Positions 26,401 to 40,000 of a stretch of DNA of 64,000 nt are shown here, piece after piece. This stretch comes from Neocallimastix sp. 'constans' (taxonomy: Eukaryota): positions 434,001 through 498,000 of the forward strand of contig JBODTK010000013.1 of NCBI GenBank assembly GCA_050613775.1, in the 5' to 3' direction. Made by a program: the position numbers and the translations under genes. The notes below the pieces were generated by a model that had not been told where the DNA came from, made no database searches, and saw only the letters and a list, made by a program, of their open reading frames with translations. Numbering within the stretch: the first letter of the stretch is position 1; every line of letters starts with the position of its first letter.

Positions 26401-29400
26401 CTTCGAATTCCGGGGAATCCATTCTTTGGAATGGTAATAGATACGAAAATATCTTTATTTTTAGAGGCGTAGACAGCAGCAGAACCATTAGATTTAAAGA
26501 ACTTTAATTGTCCATCTGCAAAACAATAATTTCCTGGAATAGCCATTGCTGGCTCTGGACAGATTGGAGACTCTCTTTCATAACACTCATTATTTTCTCT
26601 TTCACAAACAATGACAGGTTTCTGTGAATTACCAGCATTAACATAGTATCCAATTTCTGCCTCAACTGGATTACATCCTTCCGAGGAATCACATTGAATC
26701 AATGGATAGGATAACTTGTTATATCCATTGTTTAAATAATACCCTTCAGAATTGAAAGCCGGCCTCCAAGTACATTTTTGAATATTACTTCTTGTGGATC
26801 TTCTTCGATTGGAAATTGTCGTTTCTACACATTCGATTAAACCTTGATTTCCATTTTCATCTTTTCCTACATAATAGGATGGGACACTTGTTGGCGTTTG
26901 CTTCTCACATTTTGTATTCGTACAGGCTATAATGGCATTCTCTAGACCAGTGCTTTCGCCATTTACATGATATTCTGTATCTATTCCCTCCGTCATTGTT
27001 ATTCCTGTACATCCATCTTCTTCAGTACATTTAATCATTTGATTGATATCACCGGTCTCAGAGTAATTTGAATTGAGATAGAGACCCTCTTGAACTTCTT
27101 CTGATTTCTTCACAATGCATGTCACTTTTTTATTACTTGAATCAATAGAGCATTCAATAATACCTTTTTTTGAAGAGGTATTATCAGATGAAGTTCCTTC
27201 ATCCTTTCCAGCATTTATGTAAATTTCATTATTACCTTTGGTGGCACCACTACTACCTATACTGCATCCAAGTTTTTCACATTTAATTAAAGGTTTATCA
27301 TTCTTTGTTTCCTCATCACTATTAACATACACATCGTTTATACTACCATCCTGTAATTCACAAACTGACTTCACACATACAATTAAGGCATCTTTCATCT
27401 TATTACTGTTTTTATTTCCAGTATTTACAAAATATTGAGGATTTTCATCAGAATCCACAGAACCTCCTGATATGGTAGTGGCTATACATGTTGCGGAATT
27501 ACATTTAATAACTTGATTATTTTGATCGGGTTCTGGATAACTTCCATTTAAAAAAACATCACCATCATTACCATTAATGGCTTTGCAGGTTATTTTTTCT
27601 CCATTCTTTCTACATTCTATCAAATCACTATCAGAATCACCATTAATAAAGTACTGAGGTTTATCATCATCAGCAGTGGATGGCTTAGAATAACATTTAT
27701 TACCATCACAATAAATGATTTGATTTGGATTAGATGAATCGATAAATACCCCATCATCAATAGTAGGAATAGGTACTACTTTTTTACAAATTTTTTCGCC
27801 ATCAATAACTTCACACTTAATTATTTCCTCTCCACTCAAATAATATTCATTACTATCTGTTGAAGCACCTGTAGATTTTGGTTTACAACCATTCTCATCA
27901 CAAACAATCAATTGACCAGTATTATCATCAATAAAAGTTTCTTCTTTACCTAGTTCACTAACTGTACATTTTCCTTCATTAATTGTTTTATAACATTTGA
28001 TTATGCCACCTTCATTTTCTTTTCCAGCATTAACAAAAGTATATTCAGTTTTTTCGTCGGTATATTCAATTAATTTTTCTTTACATACTTTATTTTCACA
28101 GATGATAAGTTGATTTTCATTTTTATCATTATCATAATTGGCATTAATGTAAACACTACCTTCATTCGAAGTTATTGAGTCACAAGTTACTTTGTTATCT
28201 TCATTTGCAATACATTCAATGACATCACCTCGATAGTCACCAGAAGTATCCGAATCTCCTGAATTAAAGTAATATTCTGGCTTATCTGATGTAGCTTCAC
28301 TCTTAGTTAATTCACAACTACCGTCTTCACATTTAATAAGTTGATTTTCATCATCAGCTTTACCAAAGTTTGAATTTAAAAAAACTTGATTTTCGTTTTC
28401 AAATTCATCATATTCTTCAACCGTTACGCATTTATCATTATATGAACATTTAATAAGAGAATTTATTTTATTTTCTGGATCTGTATTAATATAATATTCA
28501 GTTTTCTTTGGAGTTGAACCATTATCTTGAGCAGTACATTCAGTGTTAGAACATATAATGATTTGCTTTTGATTATAAGTACTTATATATACATTTTTTG
28601 ATAACGGATCTTCAATTAATCTACAAGAAGCTTTATATTTCTTTTCTTCTTCCCCATTAACCGTTATTTCTTCCATATTACATTCAATTACAGCATTTTT
28701 AATTCCTTCAGCTTCACCATGAACATAATGCTCTGTATTGTCATCGGCTTTGTCATTATTATAATATTCACATTCCGTATCGGATGTACATTTAATCAAA
28801 TAATTTTCACTATCTTTTTCTTCACCATAATTACTATTTATATAAAAGACTTCAGAAGTTTCATTAGTAATAATTGCTTCTTTACTTTCACATTCACTAT
28901 TTGATTCACATTTAATAAGGGGTAATTTTTTATTATTATTACTTATATAATCTCCAGCATTAATATAATAGCTCTCAGCTCCTTCTGCTTCTGAAGTTTT
29001 ACATTCTATTGAGGAAGCATCTGTTCCGCTATAGCTTTTATTATAACAAATAATTAAAGGTTTTCCACTTTCACCATTATCATTTGTGATATCTACCTTA
29101 AGGTTACCATTAAGAAAAACACTATTACTTTCAGCTGATATTGTTATACAAGTACCTGAACATTTAATCAGAATAGATGAATCATCAGCCGCTTCGTCAG
29201 CATTTTTAAAATAAGTAGGAATATTACTATTACCTAACATATTTGTATTTTCAGTAACACTTAAGCATTTATCCGAGTTACATTGAATAAGCTTACTATC
29301 ATCATTATTTATATATATATCGTTTGGATTTCCATCATAAGCAATACAATATGTTTCATCAGGACATCTAATTAATGCTTTAGGAAGCTCATTTGAAACA

Positions 29401-32400
29401 TCAGCATTTATATAATAACCTTTATTCAGTGAGATTAATTGACATTTAGTTCCTTTTTCACATTTAATTAACCAATTATAGGAATCGTTTTCATTACTTC
29501 TTTTTCTTTGTTTTTCCTCTTTTTTAAATAAAGAACTAGCATCAAGATAATATCCTAATCCAGCTTTTATATCACATTCTTCAATACTACCTTTTACAGT
29601 ACAATCAATTAAACCATCATCTAAGCTTTTAGCACTCCAATTCAAATATATACCTTCATTAATGGCTTCAGAGTCTTCTGCTACTAATACTGAATTTTTA
29701 GTTAAAGCAAGGAAAACAATTTCTCCTTTATTCTTACCGTAAATTTCATTAACATTATTATTTTTAACATTATTAACTTGAAATGCTACATATCTTACTT
29801 CATCTTCTTTTGTTGGAAGAGGAACTCCTAAATTTTTACCGAAACAAACCTCTTTACCATTATCTCCTTCTCCTAATCTTCCTTCATCTCCATCAACACA
29901 AGGACCTGAATTTTCTACAATGGTACATCCTTCCCGCTTCCATCCATTACATTGAAGAATTTTATTATCTTTAGATATAAGATATCCCTTAACAAGGTTA
30001 CATTTTTCTTGGGGTAAATTCTCACCTTCCACAAAAGTGCACTGATAAGCCATCATATTTGGGGTATCCATAGTAGGTTCTTCAATATTTTTTCCATTAT
30101 TATCATAAAATAGAATGGCTTTTCCAGCTTCAGTAAGTTCTACATGATTTTTTCCACTGATATTTTCACAAACTTGATTAACTTCGGTTTGAATTTTATT
30201 ATTTTGAGAATCCCAACAATAAACTTCATTTATGCAACTGCTTTCGCAAGTTTCCAATGAAGTATCTTCAAGATAAATAATACTACCGTCTTTATCAATT
30301 TTAACAGAAATTGTACTTTTTTCATGGACCCCCGGGAATACATTACCTTCAACATCAATGGATTGATAACTTGTTTCGCATCCAATTTCTACTTTGATAG
30401 AAGTACTTTTATTGATTTCTATTGAAATACCATCAGCATCATTTTTAAGACTTCCAGGTCCAGTTAAATTTAATTCACTTATTTTTATTTCTTCACAAAT
30501 AAGGTCAGCACATCTAATAATTTTTTTATCTGTACTTTGTTGTGGTGCAGAATCTATAAAGTATCCATTAAAAGTACTACCTTCAATGACACATTCCGGT
30601 TTCTCTCCATTGAAAGTACAGGTTATAAGTTTTTCATCACCGCTTACATAATGTTCCTGCTTTTCTTCACTTGCATTACTTTCAAATGAAGAACAATAAA
30701 CTTTATTATCAGTATCCACTTCACAATAAATTAAATGACTTGTGTCGCCTGCATCAATAAATGTAGATGATTTATTTACTATTTCCAATTTACAGGTAAT
30801 ATTTTCGCCTTCGCTTGTACAATGGATAACAGCATTTCCATTAGCATCTGGATAATAACCATCTTCAGCTTTTATGATAGTACATTCTGAATTTTGACAT
30901 ATGACAATTGTATTACTTTCTTCACTTGTATCAGTAATTATAAAATTTTCTTTAATAAGATAATAACCATCCTTTTCATCTGGTTTTCCAATGATTGATG
31001 ATCCGGAATTACCAATAAATTTTTGATAACTATTTGTTGATCCTATAGCTATCATATAATCCTTACTTTGATCCACTACCGAATATGCATTGCCATTATC
31101 ATTTCTCATGCATACCTTCAGTTGTGAGCCATCGTAACTAACATAATTATATTCTAATGGTGAACAGTTATTTGTTTTTTCTCTTATTTCCCATTCTCTA
31201 GAAGTATTATCATTTGTATACATTAAACCATCAATATTCATATAACCGAGAGTTTCAATACATTTTCCAGATTCACAAAAGAAGATATAAATATTATCAT
31301 CATAGGAAAGTTCGGAAGAAATATCTTCGTAGGTATTGCCTTCATTTAATTGTTTATATACTCCAATAACTCTTTCATTATTAAGAGAGTAACTACCATT
31401 TTCAAAAAGGTAGAGATAGTAATTTTCTTGAGAGCTAATATTAGAATTTGGAACTTTAATCACATAATTTCTATCCTTTCCTTCAAAATATTCATCATTA
31501 ACAATATAACCAACAGAATTTTCAGTTGAATATTTAATCATTTTTTTAGCTTCTAATGGACTTCTAGCTGTCACAGTATCAATAGCTATATAATTTCCAT
31601 CATTATCTTGAGAAAGTTCAACACTAATTTCATCTCCTAAACAAAGATAATATGTACTAGATTCTTTGACAATATGACCAATTTTTTCTTTACAATAATT
31701 AGATTTTGTAGAATTTACTTCAGTCACGTCTCCATATTCAGTAACTCCTATTTCATTTGCTTTTGAAATATAACATTTTGTACCTGATATAACATATCCA
31801 GGTACCAATTTACAAGTGCTCATCTTTCTCTCACATCCATAGATACCTATTTTAGTAGGATTTTGATTTAGATCATCTATAGTTGGAGCAATAATAATAT
31901 TTCCTTCTTTTTTTCTAACTTGATAGCCATTTTCCATAGTTTTCAATATTAAAGAACTTGATGTGGCTTTGATCATGACAAATAAATCAGTTTCTGTTGT
32001 ACTTTTGCTAAATACACTATTTGTAGTTGCATTAATTATAAATAAGTTAGTACTCATATCACCAATGACTGAACCATCATCCGTTAAACAAAATTTATCA
32101 TCTTTAATAAGATTTCCAACTTTATTACTACATGAAGATTCAGGTACAATTCTTGTAGTTGTACCGTCTGCACCCAAAGAATAATAACCAGGGTTATTAT
32201 CGGTAGATTTTAAATAACCATATGTTTGTTTACAAATCTTGTTTTCGTCACAATCATACAATGCCAGACTACTTAATCCTTCTTCAATTTCATTTGAGAG
32301 AGTTGGTAATTTGAAAGCGGTTGCACTATCACGAATAACCCCGTATAATCCATTTTCATTTAGAGGATTGGTAATACTACCAATGGAGAAAATACCTGGA

Positions 32401-33193
32401 ATTGCACGAACTAATAACGTTCCTTCTTTAATAATATAGTTAGCTTTTTCATTATTTGTAAGAAATGGTATACTTTCATTATTGTCAAGGACAAGTTCAT
32501 GTCCTTTATTAATTTCTCCAATATTCTCACTGAATATGCATTCCTTATTTTTATTAGGAGTTGAAGGGTTATCATCAATTTTATTTTTTATTTCAAAATA
32601 TTTATCGCCATCGGTAATGTAACCGATATTAGAAAGACATATACCATTTCTTCCACAATTGAAAAGTAATAATTTTTGAATATTTGATTCAATATTTGCT
32701 AAGTCATATTTAGTCATTAAACTTTTATAAATAAGATTTGGTCCTGCATTACCATAAAGATTATTTAGAATAATATTAGTATTTGTAGCACTCACCATGA
32801 TAATATCACCATTATCACTTTTAAATGGAGTAGAATCATTTGGTTTAGATATAATATAATTGGAAACTGATGTACTCAGTTCAATCGAAACCTTCTCTGA
32901 ACAGAGTTTTCCATCATTAGTTAACATCCCATTTTCTTCTATATTACATGATGTACTAAACGACCCCACTTCAACATTAGAATCACTGGAACTATAGATA
33001 GCATAATAACCACTAGAAGCAGTAGCATCGCTAGTTTTTAAATACCCCACAGTTTGTTTACAAATTGAATTAGTTGTATCACAATTAAAATATAACAAGT
33101 TCTTTAATATCGGGGTAACATCAGTAATTACTGGTGTAATCAAAATAGTAGCGGTTTCAACATTCACTAAATTGGCCCCATCATTAATATTAC
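23427..33193 (-). CDS. Scaffoldin-like gene, terminal exon 12 (9.8 kb)
   Basis: 3246-aa ORF with an AG acceptor at 33194-33195. Scaffoldin-type repeats at ~31000-25500; ends KPYFLMLICSILTSIIFIKIY. Confidence 0.93.
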
Positions 33194-36100
33194 CTATTTT
33201 TGAATAATTTATAATAATATCAATAATTTAGATAATAAGAAATTAGTTATTTATATTAAAATATAAAAGTAAGTTAAAAAAATGTCTTTATTTTTAATTT
33301 TAGTTTTTTTATTATTAAAAATGACATAAAAAAAATTTTTATATATAAAACTATAGAGAATAAATATTAAATCTTAATTATATATTGTCTTTATTTACCG
33401 TTTAAGTCCTCGATTGTAAATACATTTTCAATGGCGCGTATGAATTTGGATACACCATTCACAAATCCAATATAAAATCCTATCTGCTCAGTCATCAAAA
33501 ATTGAATACTTTCTGAGCCAAGACATAGTTTCCCGTATGAAAGTACTTTCCATCCGTTAGTATTCGAATTGGAACAAGCAGTTTCAAAATTATTAGCTTC
33601 AGATAAGTTTTCATTATCATAATATTGATTATTTGATGCAATTTTATAATATGTGTTATCATATTTGACATAACCTTCAACAGCGGTACAGATACCATTC
33701 TTTTGACAGTTGCAAAGGAGAGTATTTCTAATGTTAGCACTGACATCAGACGTTTCACTTTTCCTGTAGGAAACAAAAAGATTCACACCCTTTTCGGAAT
33801 AGTAATTATCCAAATAAAAGGCCCAACCATTAGATCGAATAATCACACTTTTACCAGAATTTGAATTGGAGAACACACTAGGATTATCTATTGATAGATT
33901 ATAAATATTAATTTCATTCATTATATATTTAATTTGATTTTGGTTAGAACTATCACTTTTAAGACATAGTTCTCCATTACTCTGTAATGTACCAACATCT
34001 GCATCTCCATTGCATCCTGTTGAACCATCAAATTTAATTAAATTATTTGATTTTGAAACGGCATCAAATGAATAATAACTTTTTGTAGAATCATTGGAAG
34101 CCAGATAGCCATAAGTTTGTTTACAAATCTTGTTGATGATATCACATCTAAAGAGGGCCAGATTTCCAATATTAGAAGTCAAAAAGGAAGCTTTTAGATA
34201 ATCACCATCAGACGTATTAATAACTTTTGCATTTTCACAATCTATCAAATTGAAATCATTCAGATTTTCATAGTCTAAATTATTAGAATTTTCAATTTTT
34301 TAGGTATTATAAAAAAAATTTAAAAAAAAAATTAATACTCATTATAATTTCTATAAAAATCATAATAAAACCATTAAAAAAAGAAACTTTTCAAAATAAA
34401 ATTTTATATTATTTCTTATCTTTCAGTTATTGTTATTAAAATTTTAACAATTATACGATAAGAAAATATATAAATAGTTAACTGTCCTTTCTATAATTTT
34501 TCAAATACAAATAAAATTTTTTCTTTCTTTATAATTGATTATTATTTATTTATTATTATTATTATTTTACCAAATAAAATATTCTATTTTTTCAATTAAA
34601 TCAAATATTAAAAATTTATTAAGTATTATCTTTTTTACCTTTTAATTTTATTTTGGCAATTACATTCTTATAAGTCTTGACAAACTTATATTGTTCATCT
34701 TCATGAATAACATAATTATTTACAATGCTCTCAGATGCTGGGAATTCAATACTATCTGCATCACCAATACATAAACTTTTATTCGAATCAACTAAATTTC
34801 CTATATTGGCTAAAGAACAACTTTCAATATTATTTGTTCCAAGTATACCTGAAAACGAAGATTCTTCAGAATCAAAAATATTATAATAATTAGTTTTATC
34901 CTTTGCAAAACCTTCAGCTCGAGTACAAATACCTTCTGAACTACAAATATATAATGACAGTTTATCAACATTTTCTGTAGCAATATCAACTGAAGAAATA
35001 TCTTTTACTAAATTATTAGAAAGGAATAATTTTATACCTTTATCACTTGAAACTATAATAAAATTTAATAAAATTTACAATAAAGATTAATATTACAGTT
35101 TTTTTGTGCTCTTTTCTTAACGTTATTTTAATAGAAAAATAAAAAAAAATTTTCTTAATTATTTAATATTTATTTTTTTAGTTTTATTTTTTGTTTTTTT
35201 TTAAAGTTTTTTATTTTTTGGTAAATTAGTAATTTTAATTAATTTTGAAAATTTTATAGTAGTTTTTCATTAATTTTAATTTTATTTTATTTTTATATAT
35301 TTAATTATTTTTATATTTAATTTTTTTATATTTTTTTGAATTTTCTTTTTAATTGGAAAGAGATATGCTATCATTATTTAAATGAAAAAAAAATTATCAA
35401 TAAATGAAAAGATAAAATATAAATACTTACTATCAACAATATTTTCAAAAACAAAAGAATTGGCATCAGAATAAATTAAAATATTTTCATTCGAGGTGTT
35501 TGCAAATACGGATGAAGAATTAGAATTAGGATTAGGTCTTTTTATTATGAAAGATTTAGATTCTGTTGATGTTGGCAATTCTCCTGTAAATATTAAAGAA
35601 GAATTTGCGTAAAGACAGAGATTTTCTGAAGGATCTAACTGCCCAGTTGAACTACCCTTACATTCAGAGTTTGGAGTAATTTCAGAATTATCTCCTTCAT
35701 ATCCTATAGAATAATATTTAGGATTAATTCCTTCTTTTTGAATTTTAATATAACCAATGGTTCTTTTACAAGATAAACCACCATTTATATTAATACAATA
35801 GAAAAGAGCTATATTTTTTAAATCAGTTTCCTCTATGACATAATTTGTTGGATCTATATTTTCAGAGGTTTCAATATTAACTATGTTAGTTCCTTGCTTA
35901 GGTTCTTTTATTATCCAAATATTATATAATTTTTAAAAAATAAAAAAAAAATAAGTTAATTATTTAAGAATATAATCAATAATATTTATTTTTTAATGGA
36001 TCAATATTATTTTATTTTTTTTTAAAAATATATAATATATATACTAATAATTACGAGTAAAACCACTGATTAAGAACATATTTTGTATAGAGGTAACAAT

Positions 36101-36976
36101 ATTATATTTATTACTATCTATAATAATATAATTATTTTTATTTTCCGACTCAGTTAAGAATTCAACAGCTTCATTATTATTACCATTAATACATAGCTTT
36201 TTTTCTAAATTTAATTTACCGATGTTCTCTTCACAAGAATTTTTAAAATCTTCAATTTTACTAGATACATTATCTTTACTTACTGAATAGTAAGAATTTC
36301 CATCGGTAACGTATCCATTTTCTTGCTTACAAGAACCTGTCATGTCACAAGAATACACTTTCAAATTAGAACTATTTTCTTTAGCATTCTCTGTAATATC
36401 TTTTACCTCAATGGCAACATTGGAAGCAGTAAGTATCACCTTACTACCTCTATAGAGATTATCATAAAAGATAACATTTGATGTGGAATTGGTTACAATT
36501 GGTTTGTCATTAATGCCTGTAAATATATTATTGTCAACGGTATTAATGATATATTTACCATTATTAACGAAATCAACAGTATAAGGTGTTTCATTTATAC
36601 AGAATTTATATAATGTAATATCTTCGACTGTTTCAGTAGTAATACTTCCAATTGTTCCAGTTGCACCACTGTTTGATATAACAATAGATTTAGTCCCCTT
36701 GACATTTATTTCATAAATGGTATCTGCTCCTTTCAAATAACCATAAGTTTGTTTACATTTCTTAGCATTATTGTTTAGATTGCAATTGAAAAAATAGAGA
36801 TTTGTCAGAGTCTCTGTTTCAATTTTTTTATCAAAACTTTTAAATTTCGATATTGGATTTTTGATTATATAAATATTGAGACCATCATCCGGTTGTTGTT
36901 CTATAATTTTTAAAAAAAAAAATCAAAAAATTTAATAATTCAATAAATAAAATAAATGAATAAAAAATTTAAATAA

Positions 36977-37018
<42 letters not shown>

Positions 37019-40000
37019 TAAAAATAATATATTTATTTAATTATTTTTAAAAAATAAATCCAATAAAATAAAGATTAATAATATTTATTTTATTTGTTTA
37101 TTTTTAATTATCGTATTACTTTAAGAAACTAATATTAAATATTAATATTAATTTATAACACAATTAAATAATAGATAAAAAATAACAGATACAAAAAGTT
37201 TTATTAAAGTATTTAAAATAAAAAAATTATTCATTAAAAAACAAAAAGAAGACAAATATATTTATAAAAAGTTTTTTTTTTAATGGTGAAAAAAATTCTT
37301 TAAATTTTCTTTAAAAATTAAAAAAAAATTCTATAATTAAAATTGAAAAATAAAATTAATAATTTATACAGTTTATTTTTCTTTTACCTGTTTGTATGTC
37401 TACTTTTGCAATTAGTCCTGGAGCCGTTTTCACTAATCTATAAGCCGGTGTGCCTTGTTTTTGTTCATAAATAATGTAATTATCTACATTATTTTCACCT
37501 GGAAATGCTATATTATCAGTAGTACTAGTACATAAATTATAGGTAGATTTAATTAATTTTCCAATATCCTCCGTTGATGAACAACTATCAGTTGTACTAT
37601 CAGTATTCAAAATAGAAGAATAAAGAGTTTCAATTGTATAATATGAATTATTACTATCTTTTGCATAACCATCAGCCTGAATACAGATACCTTCTGAATT
37701 GCAAATATACAAGGATAACTTTTCCGCATCACTAATGGAGGTGAGGCTAATTAATTTATTAGATTGGAATAATTTTACACCACCATCCGTTGAAACTATA
37801 TTGAAAAAATATACATATTAAAAAAAAATTAAAATAAAATAATATATATATATATATATATATTATTTTAGTTTCTTCATATTATTTATATAAATAGTAA
37901 TTCAAATAAATTACTATAAAAAATAATAAATTAAAGAATAAAAAAATAAATGACAAGAAAAGGAACTAATTTTCCTTATTCATTATATTAAATATTAAAT
38001 TAAAAATTATTAATTAAAAATTTTTTCAATAATAAAAAAAGAATTAATCTTTTTTTTCATTCTTATTATGAATGTTATTTTTTTTTAATAATTTTTTAGT
38101 CTTTTTTATTTCATTCTTATTAAAGACTTTATTTTTTTTTAATAATTTTTTAAACTTTTTTTAAATTTTTTATGTCTTTTTTTTTTTATTTTAATTATTT
38201 TTTTAGTTCCTTTTTCCTTAATTCTATCTTTTAATTCTTTTATTTCCTTTTACAACTTCCTTTTTCTCTAATTCTTTTCTTTTATTTTTAATATTTTTTC
38301 TTAATTTTTTTTAATTGTTTTTTAATTCCTTTATATTTTATTTTTTCTATTTACTTATTTTTTTAACGATTCTTTTTTTAAGTCTATTTTTATTACTTTC
38401 ATTATCTTTACTAGTTCTTTTTTTTAGATTTATTTTTTGTTCTTTTTTTTATTAATTATTTTTCTTTTTTTTAATTTTCTTTGTTTTTTTTATAATTCTA
38501 TTTTTACTAATTCCATATGTATTTTTTTTTTTTTAACATTTGTAAAATTAAATTTCTCTTAATTTCCTTCATTTATTTTAAATAATTTTTAAAATTGGTT
38601 TTAGTTCTAAAATAAATATTTTTTCTAATTCCATTTTAAAAAATATTATTTTTTATTCTAATACTTTTTTTCAATATTATATAATTTTATTATTAATTTG
38701 TTTTTAAAATTATTTATTATAAAAGAAATTTTTTTTTTTAAAATAAAAGAAGTTTAAATAATACATAAACCTACCATCTACAAGTTTATCATGATAAAAA
38801 GCATTGGCTGTAGAAGAAATATAGATATTTATATCTTTTTCTTGGGAAAATACAGATCCACTACTATTGGACATAACATATGATTCTGCTGCTAATGTTC
38901 CAATCGAATCTTTAAGACAAAGATTTCCTGATGATATATTTAATTTTCCAACATTAGTTTCTACACATAAAGTATCACTATCAACTTTACCATTAACACC
39001 ACTAGAATGAATTTCATAGTATTTATTAGACATATCTTTTACATAACCATACGTTCTTTTACATATTTTATTGTTGGTTTGGCAACTAAAAAGGGCTAAA
39101 TAAGGAATATCATCAGATTTGATAGAACTTGATGATAGATCCGTTATTTCAGCATTATTTAAATTAATTAAATTGAGTGATCCACCGGTGCCTTATATAT
39201 TATTATTAAAATATATTATAATTAACAAAAAGAAAAGATTAGATAGAATATAAAATTATTTATAATATATCTAGGATTTGGTTTAATTTATTATCAAGTA
39301 ATTAATAATAATTAAGAAAAAATAATATATAGATTATCAACTATAATTATTATGAATAAAATGTATATTAATTCAAAGAAAAAAAATTCTATTTAAAATA
39401 ATTAATAAACTCTAATTAAAATAAAAAATAAAATATTAAAATATATTACTACTAGTGGGGGCTACTATAAATAAATTCTTTTTAGCAATGACTAATTTAT
39501 AATTTGTTCCATCATAAGTCATATAATAACTAATAGTGTTATTATTTATGAAGTTAATAGCATCATTATTAGATTCAGTGATACAGAGCTTTCCACCTTT
39601 AAGTAGATTATTAATAGTACAAGTATCTAACAAAGATCCAGTAATTTCAGATGGACTAGAATTTGTTATTTTGTAATATTTATCACCTTTTTCAATAAAA
39701 CCATCAACTTCAGTACATATACCAAAAGTATCACAAAGATAGGCCTTCAGTTTGGTTACATCAGTAATTTCTGTAATTTCTGTAATTTCTGTATTCGCAT
39801 CAATGATTACTATATTTTTGCCATCGCTTACATCATAGAGATTATCATAGTAAAAGGCAGAACCTGTTGCCCTAATAACAATATTTTCTGTAACACCTGA
39901 AAAAACGTTATCGGAACTAACACTTATAATATAATTATTGCCATCACTCATATTTCCTTTTTTTGCATTACTGGAAGCATTAATAAGACATAAATATCCA

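Noticed and set aside
23880..32439. Short antisense or alternative-frame ORFs within the large exon and within the copia pol genes
   Set aside because: Shadow ORFs of long real coding frames, with no independent motifs.
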